Assembly: GCA_903813345.2 (NCBI GenBank)
Contig: CAIIXF020000001.1
Location: 18,600,001-18,664,000, forward strand
Origin: Owenia fusiformis
Taxonomy: Eukaryota
DNA length: 64,000 nt
Direction of reading: 5' to 3'
Shown: piece by piece, positions 28,001-43,000 of the stretch
Layout of the letters: every line of letters begins with the position of its first letter
Position numbering within the stretch: the first letter of the stretch is position 1
Made by a program: the position numbers and the translations under genes
Notes under the pieces: model-generated
Told to the model about the DNA's origin: nothing
Databases searched by the model: none
What the model saw: the letters and a program-made list of their open reading frames with translations, nothing else

Positions 28001-31000
28001 CTGGACCTTGACTTGGACCTGGACCTGGAAATGGACTGGACTGGTATTTTTTCAATCTTTTCTTCACTTCTCTTGACTTTCTATAAGGCTATCATCAGAT
28101 CGATTTTTCTCGAAATTTAAAAATCAGCAATTTCTCGATACCGTGCGAACTTGGGAAATGGCGATGTTAGGTCAAATAGACATTATGGATATACATAAAA
28201 TGAATGTGGAAATGACTCAATAGTGCTGTCCCTAGGTCTGATTTCGTTACTCGGCTCGGAAAAAAGGTTTGTGGGTATCATTTTGTTCCAGACACTCTCT
28301 AGAATAAATTCATCTTGGGTGGAGTAAAAATGTGTGGTAAACGAATTTGCTATGGGCAGTTAAAGAGGCGCCATCTATTCATTTTCAAACAGGGGGTAGA
28401 GGTATAAAATAATTTTTTAACACATTTTAATAGTAAAATGACATTGAAATACTAATAAAATCTTATCAAAAACATTATTTACAATCAGTATGAATTTTCT
28501 TGTGTGGATTAGGGTGAAAATAAGGGCATATCTTGAAATTCACTAAAGGGGCGCCACCTATTTTGGTACTTCTACCACGTGTAATAACTTATTTGAGATT
28601 CGTTAAGGTACGAAATGTACTGAAAAAATTCATTCTGAAGTGCCTATATATGTTCATACCACATACTTAAAATTAGATCAATAGCTTATGTACCGGCGAA
28701 GAAAAAAATTATTGAAATTTAAAATTGTGGTATCATGCAGGATAGGGGTGACCATATGTCACCTTAATAACTTCCAAAATATTGAGCATATGTATCTCAA
28801 ATGTGCTCAAAATGGTGTATGTACTCTTGCTTTGTCATAATATTAGTAATAAGAAGTAGAAAAATGATTGTACATTTTAGAAATTATTAATTCTCATTTT
28901 GGCTTCTGACGTCCCAGGGGTGACCATATCTCACCTTTATAACTTCCAAAATATGGAGCATATGTATCTCAAATGTGGTCAAAATGGTGTATGTACTCTT
29001 GCTGTGTCATAATATTAGTAATAAGAAGTAAGAAAATGATTGTACATTTAAAAAAATATTAATTCTCATTTTGGCTTCTGATGTCCCAGGGGTGACCATA
29101 TGTCACCTTAATAACTTCCAAAATATTGAGCATATGTATCTCAAATGTGCTCAAAATGGTGTATGTACTCTTGCTTTGTCATAATATTAGTAATAAGAAG
29201 TAGAAAAATGATTGTACATTTTAGAAATAATTGATTCTCATTTTGGCTTCTGAAGTCCCAGGGGTGACCATATCTCACCTTAATAACTTCCAAAATATGG
29301 AGCATATGTATCTCAAATATACTCAAAATGGTGTATGTACTCTTGCTTTGTCATAATATTATACTAATAAGATGTAGGAATATGATTATACATTTAAAAA
29401 TTTAAATTTTAGCTTCTTACGTTCCTGGGTAATCATATCGCAACATATAATGATAATAATAACTTCTAAGATATGTAACATATACGCCTCAAATATTCTC
29501 AGAAAAGTCTTGTCTTTCATATTACTAATGAAATGTAGAAAAATGATTGCATTTTTTTTTAAATTTTGATTTTAGCCTCTGGTGTCCCACCTTGATAACT
29601 CTCACGATATGCAACTTATGCATCTCAAATGTGTGCTCAAAATGGTATAAATATAGTCTTGTTTTGTCATATTTATTTAGAATCATAAAATCAACAGTTC
29701 AGAATCAATGGATTTTGACTGTCTCCTCTACAGCTACATATAATTCAGGGCAAATAATATCTGCTTTCAAATATTTGCATCTGCTCCCCAAACACCCCTT
29801 ACAGGTACAATGGATGAGATTATTCCCTTGCATAACTTGGACCAAACATCTTTTGTAATCCATACAGGAATCCTTTTAGCCTATCAATAGTGGGAGTACT
29901 TTACTCCATTTATGAAGTAATGACAAATGTTGATAAGGTGTTAATATGTTATCCTGTGGCCTGCAATATATGCACCTTGGATCATACACTGAATTAGGGG
30001 ATTTTGAGTACGTAAAATACGGGAAAAGGAGCTCTTTGTAATGATAAATCTTTCTAGCCATATTCTCTTGTTTTCATGTTTGTCATACAACATACATTGA
30101 TTGTATTGAAATATTAATTTATGATTGTGACGTCCCGCACTTCTTGGGTCCCAGAGAAGAGCTTAGCTTTTGGAACACTTGCATTACTCTTGGCATGATA
30201 GGCCATACAGTGAATACAATTGTTGAGATGGGGCAAGAACAATATAGCACATTCGACAAAAGGCAACTTGAAAACCTAACAGTACCATTTGATAGAACCA
30301 TATCCAGGAGCAAAGTTCTTCAGTTTATTAGGCCTCCAAAACCTCCATTCATTACAGATTATGGAAAACTATAGTTCTGAATGACCATGCCAAAAATTAG
30401 ATCATTAACATGCTAAAACCCAACAGTGAAAATATGCAGAACATGAACATAAATGATTGTGCAAATTAAGTAATATTTCTTCCCCACATATAAAACATAG
30501 AAATGGAACAAGGGAGAAGGTATATCATACTAATTCTCTTGTAAATTTCCTAAGATGTGCCAAGAACAAGAGTGATCTGTTTTCCTTCCAGACATCAAAA
30601 CTTTATGCTAAAAAAACTGAAAGTGTCAATTTGGATTGCATACTGAAAGAGGAAATCTTATCAGTATCTCCCTTCCCATGTTATTATTGCAGAATATGGC
30701 CATGGCAAAACTTTAGCCCTTTCCTTATGCAATCATTGCATGTGATGCCATATCTGCATTCTAATACTGTTCTAAATCATCCGATTTCCGATCTGGATTT
30801 CTTCTGATACATGTACCATAGAATGAGACATTGCAGTTATAAAGTCATTTGTAATTCTGATATATGACAAAACATGCAAACGAGAGAATGTCAATCGGGA
30901 TTAGAAGTGACTTATCGCCCTTGTAATTTAGCAGTGGGACAGTTTGGTGTATGTTTGGGCATAAATGCGCCTTTAAGGCCTAATTTTTCAGGATATTTTC

Positions 31001-34000
31001 AAAATTTCGGGGGTTAAGGGGCCAATTTTGGTAAAAGAGGCTAGGCTACTCACACTACTGATAGGCTACCAGTATACAAAAGATGTTGCATCCAAGGCAT
31101 GCAAAAGACTTATCGTCCATTGTTCCTGTAATATAAGGAGTGTTTGGGGAGAAGATGCAAATATTTGAAAGTAGATCTTATTGTCTCTGGGCTATATGTA
31201 GCTGCATCCTTCAGGGGAGACAGTCAAATCCATAAATTCTGAACTTCTGATTTTATGAATCTCAATAAATATGACAAAACAAGACTATATTTATACCATT
31301 TTGGGCACACATATGAGATGCATATGTTGCATACTGTGAGAGTTATATCAAGGTGAGATATAGTTGCCCCTGGGATGTCAGATTCGGAAGCTAAAATGAA
31401 AATTTCAATTCAAAAAAGGTGTAATAATTTTTTCTACATCTCATGAATAATATTATGACAAAGCAAGACCATATGCCCCATTTTTGGTATATTTGAGTTG
31501 TATATGTTACATAATTTTAGAAGTTATTGAGGGACCTCAGAAGCTAAAATTAAAATTAAAATTTTTTAAATGTATAATCATATTCCTACATCTTATTTAA
31601 GTATAATATTATGACAAAGCAAGAGTACATACACCATTTTGAGTACCTTTGAGATACATATGCTCCATATTTTGGAAGTTATTAAGGTGAGATATGGTCA
31701 CACCTGGGACGTCAGAAGCCAAAATGAGAATTAATAATTTCTAAAATCTACAATCATTTTTCTACTTCTTATTACTAATATTATGACAAAGCAAGAGTAC
31801 ATACACCATTTTGAGCACATTTGAGATACATATGCTCAATATTTTGGAAGTTATTAAGGTGACATATGGTCACCCCTGGGACGTCAGACGCCAAAATGAG
31901 AATTAATATTTTTTTAAATGTACAATCATTTTCTTACTTCTTATTACTAATATTATGACAAAGCAAGAGTACATACACCATTTTGACCACATTTGAGATA
32001 CATATGCTCCATATTTTGGAAGTTATAAAGGTGAGATTTGGTCACCCCTGGGACGTCAGAAGCCAAAATGAGAATTAATAATTTCTAAAATGTATAATCA
32101 TTTTTCTACTTCTTATTAGTAATATTATGCGAAGCAAGAGTACATACAACATTTTGAGCACATTTGAGATACATATGCTCCATATTTTGGAAGTTAATAA
32201 TGTGAGATATGGTCACCCCTATCCTGCATGATACCACAATTTTAAATTTCAATAATTTTTTTCTCCGCCGGTACATAAGCTATTGACCTAATTTTAAGTA
32301 TGTGGTATGAACATATATAGGGCCTTCAGAATGAATTTTTTCAGTACATTTCGTACCTTAACGAATCTAAAATAAGTTATTACACGTGGTAGAAGTACCA
32401 AAATAGGTGGCGCCCCGGTAGTGAATTTCAAGATATGCCCTTATTTTCACCCTAATCCACACAAGAAAATTCATACTGATTGTAAATAATGTTTTTGATA
32501 AGATTTTATTAGTATTTCAATGTCATTTTACTATTAAAATGTGTTAAAAAATTATTTTATACCCCTACACCCTGTTTGAAAATGAATAGATGGCGCCTCT
32601 TTAACTGTCCATAGCAAATTCGTTTACCACACATTTTTACTCCACCCAAGATGAATTTATTCTAGAGAGTGTCTGGAACAAAATGATACCCACAAACCTT
32701 TTTTCCGAGCCGAGTAACGAAATCAGACCTAGGGACAGCACTACAATCCGAATAGCAGTTTTAATTTGTGCAGCCAATGTTGACAGACGGACGGACCAAC
32801 GGATGGACGGACGGACCAACTGACGGACGCCTGGTTGATCCCATAGGATCACTGTGTGAGCCAAAAACTATGGTTTTATCGCTAATACTGTTAATTTGAA
32901 AAAAGGGTCCATAACATGTAATGATGACAATGAAAATGTTGAAATTAGGTACGCCAATGAAGTGAATTCAGAGCAAAAGACCCATCGACCCACTGGAATA
33001 CCCACAAATCAAGTTTCATAGCCTTGCCCAAGTTGGTCTCTTTTACTTATCTTGATTTCTATTATGACCGCCCTGTACCCAAGAGAAAGCCACGTGCTTT
33101 ACCAACCCAGTGTTTTTGTTGGTAAAATTTGACAAATCAACAACGGCCCTACATTGCCGGACTAGGTCGTCATGCATTTCCATCCCGAATTCAGTTTTGA
33201 TTTTGAATCAACATTGAATTGCATGGTTTCATTTAGACGAGTATTAATGACTGCTTACATTCCAATGTACATTTAATAACATAATATATTGTAACTCTAA
33301 AGAAACACTCGATCAGATCATTGAATTTCAAGTCCTAGACGGGTAGTTTGCTTTTTTAATGCAGGTCAACCTGATAACGTTTTGATTGGTCAATCAGCCT
33401 GAAGTCACACGTTGTGTCCATGTCCATATTGTCAATCAATATGGTTTTGCGATACCCTTAGGTAGCCTAGGTATTATGGGAATCTCGGAACCGCTGAATA
33501 ACTTAGCATAATATCAGCGATGATACATTGGATTGTACAAGGTGGTAATAATTCAAGATCAGATAAGTAAATAAATACCGACTTGGGCAAGGCTACAAGT
33601 TTCAGAGCCATTAACATTCCTTGAAAGTGACAATGAGCAGCCAACAGATGTACCATCCGTAAATCTTGATGATTTTGTCAGCTCATCTGAACGAGCCTCC
33701 AGATTCCTTGAAACAAATGACCATAATTCAAGAATAATATTATCCATTTACAATTTTTTGAAATCGTGGTAAGTGGAATCTTTCCAATTACCAATATAGC
33801 ATTATCATTGTTTTTGGACACTGTGGACTAAAATATTAAAAATACACACATTCAAAATGATTCAATTGAAACCTAGCCAGTCTGTTCAATGAATCCAATC
33901 AGAACGTCTACTAATCCACATGATACATCATAATTAGATTGCTTTTTTAAAGTGGATATTTCATACCATAACCCCAAAAATATTATAGAATGCATTGTAT

Positions 34001-37000
34001 TTGTATTTTACTTTACACAGACATATTTGTGTATGTGAAATAATTATATTACTTGAATTTTTTATTCCCCATTACAAGGTAAACCTATGGCAAATTATAC
34101 ATACCTTCTCAGAGCTATGAGCGAGATGATAAAACTGGTCGAGTGAACTCGTTTGAGTTATCTATTCTCCGTAAAAATATCAGAGAATGTGTGTTTATAG
34201 CGTAGCTTTGGTTTTGTAAATCAATGAAGTATGATATACACGGATGAGTAAATATAGATTATTTAAACAGAAGTGCAAAATTCTTCCATTGAAAAGTACA
34301 GAGGCGGGTACTCACGAAACATTACATGTGCCTGACTGCATCCACATAGATCGACTAGCCACAGTGTAATACAGAAAATATTGGTACGGAGGGGACAATC
34401 TCAGTAGCAATACAGAGGATCACACGATAAAAATGTTATTGAATGATTTGAAGTGCAATACAGGATATATTCTGTCTCGATATTCTGTATTGGCACTCAA
34501 CTTCGTCTCGTTCCAATACAGATTTCTCGAGCAGAATATATCCTGTATTGCACTTCAAATCATTCAATAACTTATATTATTGAATTGTTGCCTTCATGGG
34601 TAGACATATCATATGAAAACATTGCAATCCCTTAAACCTATAATCATATACCCTAGAGGCCTACACATTGCTCTCCTCACATTGAGGCAGGGCACCTCCA
34701 TGTATCTCATAACATCAAAATGCCCCTCTACCAATTCAACGGGCCTCATGAAATATTACAATAAAAAATAAGAAAAATACTAAAATGTTGCACAAAAACT
34801 TAAAACATCCTCCAAAAAATCCCCGGGACAGCATAATGAGCATAGTTACATAAACATGCCATCATGCTGCGTCTCCATACATATAGCTAGCTAAATAAAC
34901 AACCCAAGACTCTACAAGTATGTGAGTTATAATACCCAAACCACAAAATGTAAGGAAGGCAGCGTGAATGCCGACACAAAGCAAATAAGATGAAGAAAAT
35001 GTTCCTCCTGGGTCCATCTTAAGATATTTATGGTTAGGAGTGATTAAGAGGCCAATAATGTTATGAAATGTCAGAATAATATTGGAAATTTTACATTTTT
35101 GTATGGTCTCGTGCAAAAATATTTCTACATCAAGATTACAATGATGCTTTTATATGTTGACAATATTTGCCATTTTCATAAACATTAATAATAAAATGAT
35201 CTAGTTTTGCAATATTTCGAATCATTATGACATCACAGACTATGACTTTGATGACAAAATTAAAAGAATCTTTCTCAGTTGCAGTTACATAATTAATCGA
35301 AATATTGCAAAGCTAAATCATTTTGTTATTAATACATAGAACAACTAATTTTCATAAAATTTGATGATAAAATGATGCAAATAACAGGAGCCTGCCTATC
35401 CTATCATATCATATTTAGCACAATTAGCCCATTAAACCCCAATATCTGATTTGATGTCAAACACATAGAACAGCAGATGGGGCTAAACATGCATGATAAC
35501 ATACATGGTCATTTTATGATATTTTGCAAATGGGGTCAATTCTTAGTTCTATGATATCTGAGTCTGATTGTGTACTTGTGAAGTACTCAAATAAAACCTG
35601 CTTTTAACTCATAGCGTAGCCCTACACATTTATTTCATTGTATATATTATGTATATTGTACTAGGCAGACCCCCTTAACTAGCAGACATTGATGGCCACA
35701 GGGATGCAGGGATAAAATACCTGGCTAAATGTCCCCTGAGCAGCAAATATAATATATATAAGCATTATTTACATGTAAACTCAACATAAAATATTGTTCA
35801 CAAGAAAATACACATCAACTTCTACTATCCCCATGTGAACTCATTAATAACAAGCGAATTTAGTGTTTACATGTGAACAAGTTATTCACATTTAAAATTA
35901 TATTCACTTGTAAACTGATCATCAATTTGTAAACTGATTATTCACTTGTAAACTAGCTATTCACATGTAAACTGATTATTCGCTTAAGACCTGCTAGTTA
36001 ATTAAATAATTATTTGATGAAATGTCTAAGATCCATTTAACCAGTAAAACATTGAATGGGAGTGTGCCACCTGGATTACTTGAATCTCATTCAAATGGTC
36101 AGATCATTTCATATGACTGAGAAATACAATGAGACAAACAACTTATCACTGCCTTAAAGGTAATTCTTAAACAATGCCCCCTATGCTACATAACATACCT
36201 TGCTAGTTTCTCTTCTGCAGAGTTCTCATGCATTTCTGCCATATTTGTTGATGTTGACACTTCAGGGCTTCCAGAACGTTCCTTTTGAGATGCTTCTTTT
36301 TTGCCTGATACCTTGCGCTTTGGAGGTTTTGGAATACTTCCGTTACCTGCTTTGCATATTCTCGCTAACAGCCCAGAGGCCTGGAGATGCATACAAGTAG
36401 AACATACAGTGGTATACATGAGAAGACTACAATCTCAAAGGCACATGTCAAGTAAAAACAAAGCAAACAATACTTATATGAGGTTATAATACTCAGATCA
36501 ATCTATGATGGACATCAAACATTCTATTGTGTTAATAAATAAGCAAATCATTTTCAAGTGAATGTTTCTTTAAACTGCTAATTAAAAAATAAAATTTGAT
36601 ACAATGTATAGTGAATTCGCCATGATGCACGCCATGGTCAGCATTAAAGTTCCATGTGACAAGTCAGAACTATTGAAACAAATGTTTATTTCTAGTATTA
36701 ATTAAACACAAACCTGTGATTCTATAGTCTCTAGCAGTTGGTAAAGGGATGCCTTCTGATCAGGGAGGGTGCACAATAGTGGAACTAACTGGGGCTGCAT
36801 GGCTGAAATGCATAAATGCATTGGAAGACTTTAGAATGACTCTACTATCTTCTGGTTTAATAGTCACATTTTTATAAATGGCCTACTTTAATGAATCTAT
36901 ATATTTGTATTTAATATTTTTCAAATCTATCTCTGACAGAAAATTTCAATTTTCAATATCATACTAGGAGAGCTGGTAATAGTAACTGTGTACACATAAT

Positions 37001-40000
37001 GGCAGATAGTACTACATGTACTTGGCCCATATTATTAACCAATAAGATGTCTGCAAAGTTTGAAAAAAAAATTTCTAAGTAAAAACTTACCAACTTCTTT
37101 GATGATATCAACAATGACTTTATATACCTTGAAATAAAAAGAATCACACATGTATACATTGTTAATTAGAACAAACCATTCCAAACATGTATACATACTA
37201 CCATCTTCACAGGTATCAACAGGCTACTCAGAATAAGGACGGAATTTTAGGTGCATTGGCTTAGTTCTCTAAGACCCATAAATGTATTATTTATAGAATT
37301 CTGAATGATGCAAATGCAGCTGTTTATAAAGAAGGAATTTGATACTTTATGAGCCTTACAACATTTCCTTCACCATATTATTTTGCTCATCATTGTGCCT
37401 GCTATTTTGTAGTACTGTATAGATAGTTGACATATAGATAGCCTGGGGGCTGTATAAGGAAATAGGAAAGCAACTGAAATCATACAGGGTGGGCCAAAAG
37501 AAAGGCCTGGTGTAATTTTAGCCTCTAACTCCACAAGACAACAACGGTTTTTCAATTGGATGCTGTCATATTGTTAGAAAATGATTATCTTTAAAATGAT
37601 ATGATAATAATACATGGCATGATTAATACACATCATATCACTATGATATTCATCTTTAAACTTGGGTACTGGCTTTTTTGGCCTAACCTGTATTATCAAT
37701 GAAAATGAATTAAATTAATCAATTATGCTGTTCAATTCTTATTTGGGTGGTTCAATATCAAATATTCTTATTAGGTATAACATCACCTAAAATGCACTTA
37801 TTGTTCTAGTTAGAAAATATACAATATTGAATTAATATTGATCTGATGATGATACTTACAGCTGTGTGCCTGCAAATCTCTAGAAATGAATCTGCTTTTA
37901 AATATTGCTGAAAAATGAAACATTTCATATTTACGATATTAGAATTTTTTTGTTAGATTTGAACTATTGAATATAAAATAGTTTGGAAATCATATTTGAC
38001 CGTATAACAAGTTTTATTACAGCCTAATAAATTAACCTGTTAACTGATATAATCCTTAAGTGAGTCAACCCCCCTCTTGATTACTACTGATTTGTGAACA
38101 ATGTAGTTCCACAAAAGATCATAATTTGAAAGTCGTCACACTATGACATATGCCTGTTTCAATGAATATATTAACAGATTTATAGCTGTTATGTAACAAC
38201 ATTAACTGACCATTGTTATTAAAAACAATAATATTCTCACACAATGGTCACCTCATTGCTTACCTCTAAGAAGGGGACAAGGGCTGAACCCTCTAATATA
38301 TTATACATGTCTTCAACTGGGTCAACACACTCAGGTCTACTAGCTGCAGCAGAGGCAAGCTTCCTGGGCTTCAACTGTGGGGCATGGTTGGCATATAACA
38401 CTTTAAGCTCTTGTTGGATCTTGTGTAACACATCTTCTACCTGTAAATGTGCATTTGTTACTTTACAATTTCAACAAGATACTCGTGCCCTTAAATCGGT
38501 GTTAAACACCAAGACATGAACATAACAAAAATAGGGGTACCTTAAAAATTGTTTTTTTACATTATCAAGTACATTTTCTTTATAGGCTATAGCAAGGGAT
38601 TTAATTTTGTGTTTTCATCGCCTTATTACATTGGTGTGTCTGAGAGACTAATCAATACCTGTTTATCTTTCTCTCTCTGTGCAGCAAGATATGCCTTTAC
38701 ATCCCACTCGGGCCTTCTGCTATGCCCATAGCCAACTCCCTTGGCCCAGTACTCAGGCTCATCTTTCCTCCTCTTTAAATCCTGTACAATGGACAAAGAA
38801 ATTAATTTATAAGTCTTCTTATCAGCCATTAATAATGAACTTCATACTAGGTTGGTACCATGTTAAATCACAATTTGTAAACAAGTTGAAACTTCCTATT
38901 GGTTCTTTGGTGACCTTAAAAAATGACTTTAAAGAATTGCTCTTTTCTTTAAATAAATTTTTATTTACCTTTGGATTTGTAACTGAGTCTTCATTCTGAG
39001 TGTAAGATTTCTCATCATCATGCATGGATGCATTTTCATGTCTAGCAGGCCTCAGCTCTGGGGGCTTCTCAACATCAATGTGGTACTTTATGTTAGCTCT
39101 TGGGTTTACTTCACTTACCTAGAGAAGTAAAATATGGGAATTGACAACCGTAATTTGGGTGGGGTGGTCTGGGGTATCCATTACAGCTGTACACTAAATG
39201 ATTAAAGGCATCAGAGCCTCAAGGTGGTAATCTTTTTTCTGCTATACATACAGAAATACATTTTTGCAATTTGGTATAGAATTAGGTATGGCAATGGCTA
39301 AATAACAATATAATAATAATAATATAATAGAAACTTTTTCTGATTTTCTCAAATAAATTAAGGAAATTTGTTTAACAAAGATTGACATTGCATATACATG
39401 TAGTTTAGTAGATAGCTTGGTCATCATCAGTGAGAAACCTTGCCAGATATTATTTTTATTTAAGAGGCTGAAACTGCAATGAGTACGAACTGAGTCTATT
39501 CTTCACAGAATACATTATATTAAAGTACATGTATATAACTTACCAAGGCCAGCCGCAGTAAGTGGTGCTCAATCTCCACATAAGACCCTGTTGGAAATCT
39601 CTTCGGATCATTCCGTTCGCTGTTTACTTCTAACCTACAATATTTGTCACACATGATAAGAGGGATAATATCAATCATCCATCAGTTTTCTACGTTTTAT
39701 TTCAAGCTTTCACTTCTGGTGATTGATATTCAACTGACTGTCCCTTAAGAGGAGGACATCATTAAATCAAATTAATCCTGAAATTGTCAAGTTATTCTAC
39801 AAATAAAGGCTGAAAGGATGGAATTATCACTTGTTTCCAAGTAAAATTCACTGATTATTGTCCAACGAACTATCTTAACTGCTTCATATAATACTTTATT
39901 CCATTGTTTACATTTTCCAAGGTTTAATAAATCAAGACCACATTTTACTGCTTTGCTGACATCATTATCACTTCCAGCACATTACATCAGGGGATTTTTG

Positions 40001-43000
40001 ATGACATCATCAGAAGCTAAGGGGAATCCCAAATCAAGCTTCTGAAACTCAAATTTTCTATCTAATGAGAAAGAGGAGGGAAAATCCCAGGGTTCAGAGA
40101 AGACACAAGGGGGAAATCTCCCAAAGTTCAGCCTTTGTATTCTGTCACGTGGTACCCACGTGCTAGATCCATATAAGGATTATAGGACCATATAGAAATC
40201 CAACTTACTATTGCCGCCATTTTAAATATCATGTGATAGATACATATATGGCTTGTATGACCATACGGTAAAGCTAAGGGAAATCCCCTAATACGAAAGA
40301 ATATGATAGTATTATGGGGGCTACTCATTCTGAAGACATATGTCTATAATGTAAATGTGCATTGAGAAGACATTGTTTGATTGATCAAATCTACAGACAA
40401 ATGACATCATTCAATGGCGATTTCAGAATTTTGTAAAACGCTTTGAATAATATTTTATTCATTTCTGGCATGTTAACCAATACCATAGGTTGTTATTTCA
40501 CATCAAGATAAAGAACGATGTAAGGAATATGCTAACATTGATTAAAACATCACAACAACGTTTGGTTTTCGGAAACTAGCAGGTGAAAACTTGGACAAAC
40601 GAAGGTGGTAAGCAAGATATGTCGTTTGTGGATGTGGTTTTCCCTCCTCTTCTAATGAGATAAAGTCAACAGAATATATTTTCTACCTGGCCCATTGTTG
40701 TAGGAAATTCTTTATATCTGAGAGAACTCCCTTCATGTCCTTGGCTGGATTCCAGTAAGATAGTTTCAACATCTCCATATTGGTAACCCTCTGCATCATA
40801 GAACCCTGGAACAAAATACATGCAATCAATTTTTTCTCATTTTGAATTGAATACAAAAGCATAAACAAGAAAATGAGATATTCAGAAGTGCATTGGTTCC
40901 ACAATGAAAATATAAGTTTTAAGCATCTAAATACAGTAAAATGTTGGGTCTAGTAATATGGTATAATAAAAACTTGATCTTGTCATACTTAGATTTGTAA
41001 CAGAATTGGCTGATGAAGACTCACTCAGTGGGCAAATAAGCAGTTATCTCCCATGCACCAAAGCAAAATTGTACATTACATATAAAAAATGGTGTCCCAA
41101 AGTGTTTCTTGCAAAACCATGCAGCTGCAGTGTAAACAGTGAATATTAGCAGTGAGTTGGATGTATACACATGTATTAGCATGTGAGTGGAACATACACA
41201 AGGCCTTGTGCAAGACTAAATCATGATAGCACAAAATGCTGAGAGCAACACACAAGGATAGATTATGAAAAATATATCATCATGACTGCAAAAATGCTTA
41301 TCACAATATGATGTAAATGCCAATCACAATATAACTTCATTCAGTGGTTTTGCAAATAAAAAGACTTGAATTACTGGCCACAATCACAAAAGAGTCATAA
41401 TATATCATTTACTGTGCAACGGACTTCAGCAAATCAAAATTGATACTTAGACACAAAATGATTTTTTCATAAAGCCTTTAAGCCACCCATTCATCACTCA
41501 AGAATCATCAATTCATAACTCAAGAATCATCAATTCATAAGTCAATTATCATCAATTCATAACTCAAGAATGATAAATTCATAACTCAAGAATCATCAAT
41601 TCATACCTCAAGAATCATCAATTCATAACTCAAGAATGATAAATTCATAACTCAAGAATCATCAATTTATAACTCAAGAATCATCAAGTCATAACTCAAT
41701 TATCATCAATTCATAACTCAAGAATGATAAATTCATAAGTCAAGAATCATCAATTCATAATTCAAGAATCATCAATTCATAACTCAAGAATCATCAATTC
41801 ATAACTCAAGAATCATCAATTCATAACTCAAGAATCATCAATTTATAACTCAAGAATCATCAATTCATAACTCAATTATCATCAATTCATAACTCAAGAA
41901 TGATAAATTCATAACTCAAGAATCATAAATTCATAACTCAAGAATCATCAATTCAAAACTAAAGAATCGTCAATTCATAACTCAAGAATCATCAATTTAT
42001 AACTCAACTATCATCAATTCATAACTCAAGAATGATCAATTAATAACTCAAGAATCATCAATTCATAACTCAATTATCATCAATTCATAACTCAAGAATC
42101 ATTGATTCATTAATCAGCTATATAAATATCCAAACCTTCAAGTGATCAATATCCTGTCCATGTTGCAATGTGATAAGTTTTAAATCAGAAAAGACCACAT
42201 GCAGTATGGCAAGTGATTTAAGATGGTCATATCTTTCACCATGAGTACTTTCTGGGCATAAATACAGTGGTTTTTATTAAAACAATATGTTTTCTTTCAA
42301 ATGAAGTACCCATGATGATAAAAATATAAATCAAACAATTCAAAAAATAATGAATAGGGACCCCATGTCAACATTTTTTTCAAAATATTAAACCTATTTC
42401 CTCAAAAGAGGATCTTCTTTTTCTGATTTTTATTGCATGAAAACATTATTCAACAAGGGGTCTAAGACATGTTCAAAAATAGAATGGTATTGAAAGTCTC
42501 GTTTTGAAGATATCAATTTTCGATCATGCTGAAAACAATGGATAGTACGAGTTTTCCCTATGGGAAAATAACATGGGATATGTGTTTTTTAACTTTAACT
42601 CATTTCAATACCCATCCCCGTTTCAGAAATTGTTAATATAGTGTAGAGGAGACTTTCGATATGTTTAAATTGAGAAAAACAAGATCCTCTTTTCAGAAAA
42701 TAAGCCTAACATTTTTCAAAAAGTGCCAAGGTGGGGCCCTAATCCCTAATTTGTCAGAGAGTTGAATTGATATTTTACTATCATGGGGACTTCATTTGAA
42801 AGAAAACATATTGTTTTAATAAAAGCCACTGTATTTATGGCCAGAAAGTACTCATGGTGAAAGATATGACTGTCTAAAATCACTTGCCATACTGCACGTG
42901 GTCTTTTATGCAATTCACACTCTGATTATTATGTTTTTGCAAATACCATGTAAATCATATCAGATTGGGTTGGATATAAAGTAGGACATGATCAATCTCT

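Noticed and set aside
33474-33747. Overlapping short minus-strand ORFs in the large intron
   Set aside because: They are not needed for the reading frame (36199 joins 17367 in phase) and no family was recognised.
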